Of a stretch of DNA of 64,000 nucleotides, positions 54,612 through 64,000 are shown one piece after another. Numbering within the stretch: position 1 is the first letter of the stretch; every line of letters starts with the position of its first letter. Made by a program: the position numbers and the translations under genes. A model generated the notes under the pieces. The model worked only from the letters and a program-made list of their open reading frames with translations. It had not been told where the DNA came from and ran no database searches. This stretch comes from Candidatus Nomurabacteria bacterium (lineage in GTDB: Bacteria; Patescibacteriota; Saccharimonadia; Saccharimonadales; VXPC01), in assembly GCA_020631905.1 (NCBI GenBank), contig JACKGQ010000001.1:690165-754164 (forward strand). Reading direction: 5' to 3'.

Positions 54612-55862
54612 ATGACATTATCAGAAGAACTCCAATGGCGCGGATTTGTCCAAGACTCAACCTATAGCGACCTAAGCCAGCTAGACAATCAGACCGTCAC
54701 TTTCTATCATGGCTTCGATGCTTCTGCGCCTTCGCAAACCATCGGTAATTTAGCAGCTATGATGCTAGACCGAGCGATGATTAGACATGGCCATAAAGCC
54801 ATCATCTTAGCCGGTGGAGCTACAAGTTTAATTGGCGACCCAGGTGGCAAAGACAAAGAACGACCTATGCAAACTGTCGAAACCATCACTGCCAACGTCG
54901 AGGCTGCCAAAGTACAACTAGGGAAGATCTTTAGTGGCTTGGACTACACTCTAGTTAACAATTTAGACTGGACCAAAGACATGACTGTGCTCGAATTTCT
55001 GCGCGACATCGGCAAGCACTACTCGATGACCCCACTCGTGCAGCGCGATTACATCGCCAAGCGTATGGGTGAAGGTGGCGAAGGTATCAGCTATACCGAG
55101 TTTAGCTATACCCTGCTCCAAGGCATGGATTACCTGTACCTTTTCGATAACTACGGCTGTACCTTGCAACTTGGTGGAAGTGATCAGTGGGGTAACTGCT
55201 TGTCAGGAGTCGACCTAATTCGCCGGGCTCGTGGTAGCGAAGTTAATGTGATTACTAATAAGCTCGTTATAAACCAGGCTACTGGTAAAAAATTCGGTAA
55301 AAGCGAAGAGGGCGCAGTCTGGCTAGACCCCAACCTAACTAGCCCATACAAGTTCTACCAATTTTGGCTAAACCTCGACGACGAAGGGGTGGAATACTAC
55401 CTAAAGATTTACACCGAACTCGATAAAGAAACCATCGATCAGCTCATGGAACAACACCGAGCCGAACCTCACCTGCGCAAAGCTCAGAAACGCCTAGCCG
55501 AGGAAGTAACCCGGCTTGTGCACGGCCAAGATAACCTAGCAACTGTGCAGGCAGTAACTGGGATTATTTTTGCAGCAACTGAAACGGAAGTTAACGAAGA
55601 GATAGCTAATAGTCTTAAAACGGAACTCCCGGTTATCTTAAAAAACCGAAATCAGCTAAACGATATCCCCGGCTTGTTAACTGAGCTCGGCTTGGCAAGC
55701 AGTAAGTCTGAAGCCAGAACTTTTTTGGATACAGGGGCTATTAAAGCTGGCTTACGAGCAGAAAAACTAAACCTAGACTCCGACATCGCTAGGTTTGAGC
55801 AATATGGGTTTATTTTACTCCGCCGCGGTCGTAACAATGTGGCTATAGTCGAGCTTACTTAA
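54612..55862 (+). CDS. tyrS: Tyrosine--tRNA ligase with a C-terminal S4-like domain
   Basis: Block-for-block similarity to E. coli TyrRS: GGATSLIGDP, FLRDIGKHYS, ISYTEFSYTLLQGMDY, LQLGGSDQWGN and the KMSKS-equivalent KFGKS. The HIGH position reads TIGN. Confidence 0.93.
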   Translation: MTLSEELQWRGFVQDSTYSDLSQLDNQTVTFYHGFDASAPSQTIGNLAAMMLDRAMIRHGHKAIILAGGATSLIGDPGGKDKERPMQTVETITANVEAAKVQLGKIFSGLDYTLVNNLDWTKDMTVLEFLRDIGKHYSMTPLVQRDYIAKRMGEGGEGISYTEFSYTLLQGMDYLYLFDNYGCTLQLGGSDQWGNCLSGVDLIRRARGSEVNVITNKLVINQATGKKFGKSEEGAVWLDPNLTSPYKFYQFWLNLDDEGVEYYLKIYTELDKETIDQLMEQHRAEPHLRKAQKRLAEEVTRLVHGQDNLATVQAVTGIIFAATETEVNEEIANSLKTELPVILKNRNQLNDIPGLLTELGLASSKSEARTFLDTGAIKAGLRAEKLNLDSDIARFEQYGFILLRRGRNNVAIVELT

Positions 55863-56258
55863 ATCACGATCGTTTATATGTACAAAACTGTGTTTGATTG
55901 AAAGTCCTGAGCTTTCTATATATTGTTGCACCATATAGGCTGCATAATTACAGAAGGTCTTTGTTGGTCGTTTAGCGGCTGGAAACGACCAATCTAAACT
56001 AAGCGCTAGATCTTCGGCACCGTTTCGATTAATCTTACCCTTGTTAAACTGGTTTATCGCAACAGGCTCTGAGCGGCTATAAGTATTTGTTCTAGCTACT
56101 CCAACCACTTTGTTATAGTCTGGCAGCCTGTCAAACACGACCTTTAGATCTCGCTTGATTGCTCCAAGAATAACTACATCATCAAAAATACCCCCCAAAC
56201 TACTGATGTGCGGGTATGTTCTAAACGTGTAGCAAAGAACTTTTCGGTTGTTGTTCAA
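55815..56258 (-). CDS. Hypothetical protein (147 aa)
   Basis: ORF overlapping the tyrS 3' end by ~48 nt. The true start may be internal. Confidence 0.35.
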   Translation of the reverse strand: MNNNRKVLCYTFRTYPHISSLGGIFDDVVILGAIKRDLKVVFDRLPDYNKVVGVARTNTYSRSEPVAINQFNKGKINRNGAEDLALSLDWSFPAAKRPTKTFCNYAAYMVQQYIESSGLSIKHSFVHINDRDLSKLDYSHIVTTAAE

Positions 56259-56266
56259 GCGATTGC

Positions 56267-56689
56267 CTAGTGACTGTGTTCAGCATCCATGGCTTCGGCG
56301 TAGTCTTCGTGAACTGTGCCATGAGGGTGCTCTGGCTTGGCATATATGCTGTAAAGCTTGAGGTCTTCGTCGCCATCATTAATGATGTTGTGCCAGGTGC
56401 CGGCGGGAACAAAAATCGCCCAGTCATCTTCAGCTGTCCACTCTTTGTCTAGATTGTCTTCGCTTGGGCCCATCACAACCTTGGCTTTGCCTTGCTCGAG
56501 TCGCAAGAACTGATCGACATCGTGATGAACTTCTAGCCCAACTTCTTCGCCAGGCTTAATACTCATAACTGTCATTTGAAAGTACGTGCCGGTCCACTTT
56601 GCTACCCTAAACTTGTCGTTGCTAGTTGTTAACTCTTCGATATCGACGACCCAAGGGTTTGGGCCCATATCTGTAGTGTCAAATGCCAT
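56267..56689 (-). CDS. Cupin domain protein
   Basis: Two-motif cupin pattern (EVGLEVHHDVDQF... and FVPAGTWHNIINDGDEDLKL). Confidence 0.7.
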   Translation of the reverse strand: MAFDTTDMGPNPWVVDIEELTTSNDKFRVAKWTGTYFQMTVMSIKPGEEVGLEVHHDVDQFLRLEQGKAKVVMGPSEDNLDKEWTAEDDWAIFVPAGTWHNIINDGDEDLKLYSIYAKPEHPHGTVHEDYAEAMDAEHSH

Positions 56690-56716
56690 GCTTTCCTCCC
56701 TTGCTTAGTAGTTCTA

Positions 56717-57148
56717 TTATACACCCTCGGCGCAAGCGCTATCCCAAGTACCTTGGTGTTTAGCGCGTTGGTCGGCAACCCATTTTTTTTGAGCCGCTTG
56801 ACCCGCCTCAAATTTGCGCTCACCCTCTTTTTCCATAATTTCTAACGCAGTGTAGTAATCTACACGTTCAAGTAAATGTGCATATGCAATCCGACCACTC
56901 ACAACATAGTCATCATCATGGACTTTTGTATTTGGTCCATACTGATGACCGTGCTCCATTTCCTCTTTTATACCCTGTATGAACTGCCCAAGATCTACGA
57001 TCGACCAATCAACACCAATCTCATCGCCAATTTCTTTCGCGTGTTTATGGGTTAGTCCAGGCCATTTCTGGGTGTAGTCTTTTTCGTAAAATCTATCAGT
57101 CAGCGATTGCTGTTCTTGAGTGTCAACTAGATAACTAATATCCGACAT
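56717..57148 (-). CDS. Hypothetical protein (143 aa)
   Basis: ORF only. Confidence 0.4.
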   Translation of the reverse strand: MSDISYLVDTQEQQSLTDRFYEKDYTQKWPGLTHKHAKEIGDEIGVDWSIVDLGQFIQGIKEEMEHGHQYGPNTKVHDDDYVVSGRIAYAHLLERVDYYTALEIMEKEGERKFEAGQAAQKKWVADQRAKHQGTWDSACAEGV

Positions 57149-57241
57149 TTTCTCTCCTAATTATTGCCCAGCCAGTATAGCAGATAGCTAGCTCAAGCGT
57201 GGCCAAAGCGGTTTATCCCTGCTATACTTGATGCCAGAAAT

Positions 57242-58546
57242 ATGCGAGTTTATAACAAACATCGGGGGCTGTTGGTGCTGTTTGCGTTTCTTTCGGCAGC
57301 GATTGTTTTAGGTTTTAGTGATATCCCTAGCTACCAGGGTTTTAGTACAGTTGCTCTAAATGCATATATCGCATGGCTCGCTCAGGCGACAGGTTGGATT
57401 GGGTTATTTTTTTTATTTTGGCAAACTGTATTGAGTAATCGACTGATTGTTAGAAAATTCACAAGAGACCTAACTCTAACTCGTTCGATTACCACACAGC
57501 TCACTCTGCTTGCATCAGTATTGTTACTTATTCACCCAATAATCACTGCGTATACATATGGCTGGGAAATTTTAGCAACTATCTTACCGAGAATTGCTGG
57601 CTTCTCTTTGCCAGCAGTGATCATCGGCAAACTAGCGATACTAACTCTAGCTGTATTCTGGTTAGCGTACATCGTGAATAGATTTAAGCCCTCGGCAAGT
57701 TTACCTAGATATTTGCGGCTTACCTTACACTTAGCGCTCCCACTCGGGTTTGTGCACGCATACAGCTTGAGCCGAGTATTGTCTAATTCTGATCCAGCCT
57801 TAGTTGGTTTCTTCTTGATAGTATTTTTGTATCTAGTAACTATAGTATTGCAGACTATCCATTTCTTCGGTTTTGGCCAGATTTCTTATAAATTAATCGC
57901 AAAAAAAGAATTAAATCCAAAAATATACCGCTTTACATTCGAACCCATCAAAAAACCCTTAAAATCTTTGCCTGGTCAATATATATTTATCAAATCTAGA
58001 TTATTCCAGTATGGATACCCATTGACTGTATCTCAACAGATACGAAAAGATAAAACACTCAACTTAATCGTAAAGCTTCATGGATCATCTACCTCCAGAT
58101 TTAATAAACTGCAGATTGGACAAACGGTTAAGTTAGATGGGCCATATGGTAATTTTACTAAAAAGATTAGTGCCAAAAAACCAACCGTCTTAATCGCTGG
58201 CGGTATTGGAGTAATACCGTTTATTGAGCACGCTTTAGCCAGTAAAAATAAGCACATATTTCTATTCAACTGCAACCATAATCTTCAGAGCACCTTTATG
58301 CGTAAAGAGCTCAAACTCGCGCTTGGTCGCCGTTATGTAGATGTACTCAGCGAAAATTCTAAGGGTCGAAATATCGAGGTCGGCTTTATCACCCCGGATA
58401 TTATTCGAAAATACATCAGCAAGGACCTAGCAAAACTAGATTTTTATATCTGCGGACCGACACCAATGATGCAATCCGTAAGAGAGCAATTAATTAACTA
58501 CGGTGTGGGACGGGAAAATATAACGATAGAGATTTTTAGCTCTTAG
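57242..58546 (+). CDS. Ferric-reductase-like transmembrane domain fused to an FAD/NAD(P)-binding (FNR-like) domain; NOX-like
   Basis: Six predicted TM helices with four His inside helices. C-terminal PGQYIFIKS (FAD RxYS-like), LDGPYGNF and IAGGIGVIPF (NAD(P) GGxGxxP). Confidence 0.7.
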   Translation: MRVYNKHRGLLVLFAFLSAAIVLGFSDIPSYQGFSTVALNAYIAWLAQATGWIGLFFLFWQTVLSNRLIVRKFTRDLTLTRSITTQLTLLASVLLLIHPIITAYTYGWEILATILPRIAGFSLPAVIIGKLAILTLAVFWLAYIVNRFKPSASLPRYLRLTLHLALPLGFVHAYSLSRVLSNSDPALVGFFLIVFLYLVTIVLQTIHFFGFGQISYKLIAKKELNPKIYRFTFEPIKKPLKSLPGQYIFIKSRLFQYGYPLTVSQQIRKDKTLNLIVKLHGSSTSRFNKLQIGQTVKLDGPYGNFTKKISAKKPTVLIAGGIGVIPFIEHALASKNKHIFLFNCNHNLQSTFMRKELKLALGRRYVDVLSENSKGRNIEVGFITPDIIRKYISKDLAKLDFYICGPTPMMQSVREQLINYGVGRENITIEIFSS

Positions 58547-58793
58547 CTCGAGCAAAGTTATTAACTACTAGTAGCCTAAAGATAACAGCTACACCAACTA
58601 AACTAGCGAGTCTGACACAAACCATTACTGTATCTGCTCCTAGAAAAATCATCGCTACACCACTGGCGGCTGTGGCGACTAAACTTGAACTATAAACGTA
58701 ATAGGACTTTCGTTTAGAGAACATACTAAAGAAAATAGAGCCAACTGACGCACTAGCTGCAATAATATGTGCGATCAGAATGTATGTGTACAT
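58536..58793 (-). CDS. Small hypothetical membrane protein (2 TM)
   Basis: 85-aa hydrophobic ORF. Confidence 0.4.
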   Translation of the reverse strand: MYTYILIAHIIAASASVGSIFFSMFSKRKSYYVYSSSLVATAASGVAMIFLGADTVMVCVRLASLVGVAVIFRLLVVNNFARAKS

Positions 58794-58835
58794 GGCTAAG
58801 AAATATACATGAGCACTTTGTGAATGTCTAGTATT

Positions 58836-59924
58836 TTATCGGGGCACAACCTTAAACAATATTTCGCGTTTCGTAATTGTATAAAAAAACATAAGTCCGC
58901 AGGTATTTATTAACACGTTAAAGATGAATTGATTTCCTCTTGGCAAGAATAGATCGACAAAGAAAATTACTATACCTTGCATAATAAAAACGTAGAGTGA
59001 GTTTTGACCAAACAAAGTAAAAAAATCTTTAGTCTTATTGATTATTAAAGTTTCATAGCGGCGAGTTAAAACATACAACGCAGCAAACCATAGGCAGAAC
59101 ATCGCCAGACGTGGCAACTGTAATGAGATCCGCTCAAAATGGGCACCAAAAGTTTGATTAATTACCGCCTGACTTTCAACAAGCCAGTTTGGCACACTCA
59201 TATTCATGGTTTCTAATACGGTTCTTCCGTGGACCGCATATATACTAACAATCAACGAACCAATGGTCAGGCCATAAATTGCGTATAGCCACAGTCTTTG
59301 CCAATACTTCTTCCATCCGAGTACCGTTGACTCAATTTTATCCAAATAGTAACCAAGTATCGTGCCTCCGAAAAATAATATCTGCCAGCCCTGGTCATGA
59401 GCAATGCCACTTTGATACCAGATATAACCACTTGCAGCCAACACTAAATACCACATGTTTTTCCGTAGCAGCCAAATAGCAACAGGTGCAAACACCATAA
59501 ACTTGACGTATAAGGCCAGAAAATCTGTCCAGCCATAAGCATAGTTTAAGCTTAATGTATCTCTAAAGATTTGTATGTAATCGCGCGAGGCTGTTAAGCC
59601 CGGCTTAACTCCCTCGTGTCCAGATAGCATTATGCCAACTGCCGTAAACCCAAGCGTCAGCACGACACTCCATATGTAAAGCACCCAAGCCCTTGAAAGT
59701 ATCTTCTTGGCAACTTGCCGAAAAGGTTTATTGAGCGCCCTCTTACCTCTAACCAAGCCAATCATCATACCCGAAACAAAGAAGAATCCCTCGGCAGCAG
59801 ACACCCATAACTGTCCCTTCCCAGTGAATAATTCGAATAGCCCTGGAAATCTTCCTAAATGATCAATGATGATTACGAATATGAAATAACCACGCAGAAT
59901 ATCTACAGCTAGAATCCGATTCAA
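58836..59924 (-). CDS. Acyltransferase family 3 (OatA/DUF1624-like) integral membrane protein
   Basis: N-terminal VDILRGYFIFVIIIDHLG signature and about 10 TM helices. Confidence 0.65.
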   Translation of the reverse strand: MNRILAVDILRGYFIFVIIIDHLGRFPGLFELFTGKGQLWVSAAEGFFFVSGMMIGLVRGKRALNKPFRQVAKKILSRAWVLYIWSVVLTLGFTAVGIMLSGHEGVKPGLTASRDYIQIFRDTLSLNYAYGWTDFLALYVKFMVFAPVAIWLLRKNMWYLVLAASGYIWYQSGIAHDQGWQILFFGGTILGYYLDKIESTVLGWKKYWQRLWLYAIYGLTIGSLIVSIYAVHGRTVLETMNMSVPNWLVESQAVINQTFGAHFERISLQLPRLAMFCLWFAALYVLTRRYETLIINKTKDFFTLFGQNSLYVFIMQGIVIFFVDLFLPRGNQFIFNVLINTCGLMFFYTITKREILFKVVPR

Positions 59925-59982
59925 ACTTTTTTGCCTTGTTTATAAAGTAACAGACAGTATAGCAAACAAGAATTATTAACCT

Positions 59983-61779
59983 TTAACTATCTTGAGACAA
60001 AATCAAAATACAATTTTCCGGCAGATTGAAACATCCGCGCCCGTTGTCAACAAATACATCTGCAACCAAGATATCTGAAAAGTCATCCGAATATCCAGCC
60101 CAAGTACTATTAAATCTAACCCTCCACAAGCCGTTCCTTGGGAAACCAATCTCATAACTTTCAAACGATTGATTGCTGCAATTTATAACAACAACTACAT
60201 CATCGCCTGGGCCACCGTTATCCCAGCGATGATAGGCTACAACCTTATTGTTGTCATCAATGTGCGAGACATTCAAGTGCTCACCTAGAAGTCCACTGCT
60301 AACATTGGCTGTATTTTTACGTAGACTAATTAAATGTTGATGGGCTAAGACGATGCCTTGATGTTTATCTGATTTCCGCCAATCTAAAGATCGCCAGTCG
60401 TTAAAATCACCTGCTTCCATGAATTCTTGTCCCTGAAGCAGCATCGGCACAAGCGGGGCAGTCGTAATAATCCCAAAAGCAATCAGTTGCCTCTGCTTTG
60501 CAAACTTGCTCTCGGGGTCTTTTGGAGAGATGGCGTTGCTAAACCGTACCATCCCGTTGGCAGCCGAGTCGTGTGAGTCGACAAAACCTATGCGTTCGAA
60601 CGCCCTGTCATTAAACCTATGATTCAACAGATAGAGCAGCCCAGCTAAGTTTATCTCGCTTGCGTTCGAAGACCACAAAGTATCTCTTAACACATACGGG
60701 CACCCTAAGTCCCACTGTGCATCGAAGCCCGCACCACCTTGTGAGATTGGTTTTGTGATGTACTCATTATCGGCATGGTCTTCGGCAATGATGGTTTTAT
60801 GCTCGTCGATACTTTTTGCTAACTGGTTAAGCCCCTGCATAAAATTCCATGCTTCTGGCAAGTTATCGCCCATAAGCTGACTGTTGCCTTTTACATTGTG
60901 AAGGTAGTGAGTCGAATCAAGCCGTAACGAATCTACATGGCAGTCGCTCAAGAACATTAATGCATTATCTAAAAGATATTGTCGTACTTCAGGCCTGCCA
61001 AAATCTGGTCGAAGACCCCATGGAGTATTACCACGCCAATCATTATAGAAGTATATTCCACCCCCATCGTTCTCATACCACCCATCAAACCTCCAGAGTC
61101 CGTGTTCGATATCTTGATAGAAGTGGTTGTAAACTACATCCACGATTACACCGATCCCCCGCTTATGGGCTTCACGCACTAGAGTTTTGAACCCGAAGAG
61201 ACCGCCGTAAATACTTTCGATAGCGTGAATGTAGATAGGTGCATAACCCCAGCCCTGATCGTTATACATAGCGCTTATCGGCATGAGCTCAATCATATTA
61301 ATTCCAAGCTCGGCAAGATGATCGAGTTTCTCGATGACATTTTCGAAATTAGCTTGAGTAGATGGGTTTGGTCGATAAAACGTGCCGACATGTAATTCGT
61401 AGATTATTTGTTGATTTAAAGGTGGTGGCACAAAGCTGTCATCCTGCCAATCAAAACTTGTGTCTGGTATAACGGATGGACCTTTAGCGGTTGGCATATA
61501 CAGCGCCATTGGATCGTTCCGGTAGAATATCTGCTCGTTTCGATGAACAGCGTATTGATATTTCTGACCCACCATTGCTTGCTTAACAAGGCAATGCCAG
61601 TAGCCATCACCTTCCGATTTCATGGCGATTGGTTCGACGGTAAAGTCACCAACCACGTCTACGCTGTCCGCAAAAGGAGCCCAAACACGAAATGACACTC
61701 CCTTCGATACAACTACCGCTCCCACATTACGCTTATGCTCTGACATTAAGGCACATTGTAACATTTTAAGCATAGGCAT
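59983..61779 (-). CDS. GH13 alpha-glucan hydrolase with an N-terminal CBM48-like domain (malto-oligosyltrehalose trehalohydrolase/TreZ-like)
   Basis: FRVWAP...YELHVGTF, GH13 regions DVVYNHF, LRLDSTHY, EDHA. Length 598 aa. Confidence 0.75.
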   Translation of the reverse strand: MPMLKMLQCALMSEHKRNVGAVVVSKGVSFRVWAPFADSVDVVGDFTVEPIAMKSEGDGYWHCLVKQAMVGQKYQYAVHRNEQIFYRNDPMALYMPTAKGPSVIPDTSFDWQDDSFVPPPLNQQIIYELHVGTFYRPNPSTQANFENVIEKLDHLAELGINMIELMPISAMYNDQGWGYAPIYIHAIESIYGGLFGFKTLVREAHKRGIGVIVDVVYNHFYQDIEHGLWRFDGWYENDGGGIYFYNDWRGNTPWGLRPDFGRPEVRQYLLDNALMFLSDCHVDSLRLDSTHYLHNVKGNSQLMGDNLPEAWNFMQGLNQLAKSIDEHKTIIAEDHADNEYITKPISQGGAGFDAQWDLGCPYVLRDTLWSSNASEINLAGLLYLLNHRFNDRAFERIGFVDSHDSAANGMVRFSNAISPKDPESKFAKQRQLIAFGIITTAPLVPMLLQGQEFMEAGDFNDWRSLDWRKSDKHQGIVLAHQHLISLRKNTANVSSGLLGEHLNVSHIDDNNKVVAYHRWDNGGPGDDVVVVINCSNQSFESYEIGFPRNGLWRVRFNSTWAGYSDDFSDILVADVFVDNGRGCFNLPENCILILSQDS

Positions 61780-61793
61780 GATAAGATTAGTTT

Positions 61794-63407
61794 ATGTTCG
61801 AAAACAAAAATACCCCACTGCAGGGTGCCGGGGTCATGTATCAGATATACCCTCGGAGTTTTCAAGATATAGATGACGATGGCGTGGGCGACCTTCGCGG
61901 TATTACCAAGCGGCTCGACTATCTAAAAGATTTGGGCGTGAATAGTATCTGGCTTTCACCGATATATCCATCTCCAATGAAAGATTTTGGCTATGATATT
62001 TCAGACTATACGAGCATAGACTCGTTGTTTGGTAGCCTTGAAGATTTCGATGAACTCGTCAAGCAGGCCCATGCACGAGACATTAAAATCGTCATGGATT
62101 ATGTTATCAACCATACATCTGAGGAACATAAATGGTTTATCGAATCAAAGTCTAGTCGTGAAAACCCTAAAAGAAACTGGTATATCTGGCGCGACCCAAA
62201 ACCAAATGGAGAGCCGCCGAATAACTGGATTTCGATGTTTGGGGGCTCAGCCTGGAAATTGGATGAGACAACCAATCAGTTCTACCTGCATACCTTCCTA
62301 ACAGAGCAGCCAGACTTAAATTGGCGCAATCCAGAGGTTAAACAAGCCATGATTGATATCTTGCGCTTCTGGATCGATCGCGGTGTAGACGGCTTCCGCA
62401 CGGATGCTTTTGCGCATGTTTTTAAAGACCCTGAATTCCGCGATGAACCTCTAAACCCAGATTGGCGACCGGGTCGATGGGATTATACAAAGTTTATTCA
62501 TAGCCTCACTCAACACCACCCGGACTTGTATCTACTGTATGAGTACTTCGATCAAGTATTTAACGACTACCCAGACAGACAATTATTTATGATCTCCGAA
62601 GATTACGCCGGTCTCGACAATCTTCGTTGGCATCACGATCACAGCAATCCAGATCGCTTCGCACCAATCAATATCAGGTTTTCTCAACTTCATTGGGACG
62701 CCCAGACAATCCGTCAGTTTGTCGAAGAATACGAAACTAGGCTAAAACCACATGAATGGCCAAACCACGCCTTAAGTAATCACGATGTGGTTAGGATCTC
62801 CGACCGGGCTGGTAGCCATCAAATTCGAGTTGCTGCTATGCTTCAGATGACTCTTAGGGGCATGCCGATTATTTATTATGGCGACGAAATCGGTATGCAC
62901 GACACAGACATACCCCAAGCCCAAATCCACGACCCAGTAAGCAAACAGACAAATCGGCCTGGTCGCGATCCAGAACGAACCCCAATGCAGTGGGCCAATC
63001 AGCCAGGGGCAGGTTTCACAAATGGCGAACCATGGCTACCTATCGCTAAAGACTATAATGTATTTAATGTTGACATCGAACAACACGACCCAAGCTCTGT
63101 CTTGAGTCTTTACAAACGACTCATCCAACTTCGAGCTGAAATCCCCGCCTTAGTTTATGGTAGCTACGAATCGAATAATTTAAGCACTATCGACGTATAT
63201 TGCTATCACCGTAGGTTAGACGACCAAGAATTATTAATAGCCTTAAATATGTCATACAAAGATCAAACAATTAAGCTAGACGTGCATAATTACGACTGTG
63301 TTCTAAATACCGACAACAGCTTAAACTGTAGCGTTCGTAATGGCTATTTATTCTTAAAGCCACACGAAGGCGTTATTCTGCGCAAGGTATCGAGCGAACA
63401 GAATTAA
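61794..63407 (+). CDS. GH13 alpha-glucosidase (oligo-1,6-glucosidase/trehalose-6-P hydrolase-like)
   Basis: QIYPRSFQD...DLGVNSIWLSPIY...DYVINHTS, GFRTDA and YGDEIGM motifs. Length 537 aa. Confidence 0.85.
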   Translation: MFENKNTPLQGAGVMYQIYPRSFQDIDDDGVGDLRGITKRLDYLKDLGVNSIWLSPIYPSPMKDFGYDISDYTSIDSLFGSLEDFDELVKQAHARDIKIVMDYVINHTSEEHKWFIESKSSRENPKRNWYIWRDPKPNGEPPNNWISMFGGSAWKLDETTNQFYLHTFLTEQPDLNWRNPEVKQAMIDILRFWIDRGVDGFRTDAFAHVFKDPEFRDEPLNPDWRPGRWDYTKFIHSLTQHHPDLYLLYEYFDQVFNDYPDRQLFMISEDYAGLDNLRWHHDHSNPDRFAPINIRFSQLHWDAQTIRQFVEEYETRLKPHEWPNHALSNHDVVRISDRAGSHQIRVAAMLQMTLRGMPIIYYGDEIGMHDTDIPQAQIHDPVSKQTNRPGRDPERTPMQWANQPGAGFTNGEPWLPIAKDYNVFNVDIEQHDPSSVLSLYKRLIQLRAEIPALVYGSYESNNLSTIDVYCYHRRLDDQELLIALNMSYKDQTIKLDVHNYDCVLNTDNSLNCSVRNGYLFLKPHEGVILRKVSSEQN

Positions 63408-63661
63408 CGATGTTTGCAGCCTGCCCAGCAACAGGGGCGCCGCATACCTTTCTTCATCTTATCAAGTCCGACAATAATACGCTTTTGTCTAGTTTCGGCT
63501 TTTTTAGCATCTGTTACCCAACAGATCCATTCATTGCGAGCTAGTGGTGTGATATCTTGCCAAAGTTTAGTGGCAAAATCATGCCCAGCAATTGCATCTC
63601 GGAAATCTTTTGGCAGATCGTGAACAACTCCGCTAGCTAGTTTAGTGCCCGTTTTAGTCAT
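63404..63661 (-). CDS. Small protein, possibly YdeI/OmpD-associated family (C-terminal RPCCWAGC)
   Basis: 85 aa. Family assignment from memory of the motif only. Confidence 0.35.
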   Translation of the reverse strand: MTKTGTKLASGVVHDLPKDFRDAIAGHDFATKLWQDITPLARNEWICWVTDAKKAETRQKRIIVGLDKMKKGMRRPCCWAGCKHR

Positions 63662-63672
63662 TGTGATTGATA

Positions 63673-63936
63673 TTAATCATCCTCAGTTTCGTGCTCGTCT
63701 TCGTAGTCGTCGTGTCGAACATTTATGCGATTATCTGTATTTGCCTTTGGAGGTGGCAAATTATCCGGTACAGTTTGCTCGATTACTTCTGCTGGCTTTA
63801 AAACAACGAAATCCTGATATGGTAGGTCTGTACTATGATCGACCGCCATGACAACACGATACACTCCTGGATGATCAAATAAATCTGGCCAATCGTCGAA
63901 TGTATAGCTGCGGCTAGCTTCGGCTGCGATAGCCAC
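63673..63936 (-). CDS. Hypothetical small acidic protein
   Basis: 87-aa ORF with a D/E-rich C-terminus. Close to the window edge. Confidence 0.35.
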   Translation of the reverse strand: MAIAAEASRSYTFDDWPDLFDHPGVYRVVMAVDHSTDLPYQDFVVLKPAEVIEQTVPDNLPPPKANTDNRINVRHDDYEDEHETEDD

Positions 63937-64000
63937 ATTTCTAGGTTGCTTATAGCAATCGCTATCGCTCGAAACAGCCTTTGAGTGTAACTGTACCCAG

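Noticed and set aside
1-64000. CRISPR arrays, transposases, integrases, prophage structural genes
   Set aside because: No short direct-repeat arrays, DDE/tyrosine-recombinase-like ORFs or phage capsid/terminase-like ORFs were recognised by eye anywhere in the window.

Overview
This 64 kb window comes from a small-genome bacterium of moderate to low GC (roughly 42-46%). Almost every gene lies on the minus strand. The gene content suggests a reduced-genome lineage such as the CPR/Saccharibacteria: a split transketolase, an orphan pilB, acidic tails on ribosomal proteins and many lineage-specific hypotheticals. That placement is inference.

Confident housekeeping genes are a 5'-truncated class A PBP, radA, clpC, nusA, an M13 peptidase, yraN, rnhB, rplS, a pilB-like ATPase, dnaE, gatCAB, uvrB, a sugar-phosphate cluster (pfkB-fba-tktAB-rpe-rpiB-gap-ppa), trxB, rplY, pheST, yajQ, rmuC, tyrS and two GH13 glycosidases.

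The most unusual region is a GC-rich RNA island at about 40.9-42.3 kb. It holds four minus-strand tRNAs (Val-CAC, Phe-GAA, Glu-CUC and one with an atypical ACA anticodon). It also holds a tRNA-like gene whose anticodon arm is replaced by a ~100-nt insertion, about 400 nt of structured RNA that fits no model, and a 49-codon GC-rich ORF with a strong RBS.

Other notable points:
- A perfect CIRCE (HrcA) operator overlaps the clpC promoter.
- A terminator-like attenuator hairpin sits in the nusA leader.
- A membrane-protein gene is inserted into the gatCAB operon.
- A LOG/TIGR00725-like gene is tightly linked to two unknown genes.
- A compositionally mosaic island carries a 62%-GC GNAT gene.
- Secreted CAP-domain and LysM-like proteins are present.
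- TyrRS lacks both His residues of the HIGH motif.
- A NOX-like ferric-reductase/FNR membrane protein is present.

No CRISPR array, transposase or integrase was seen.
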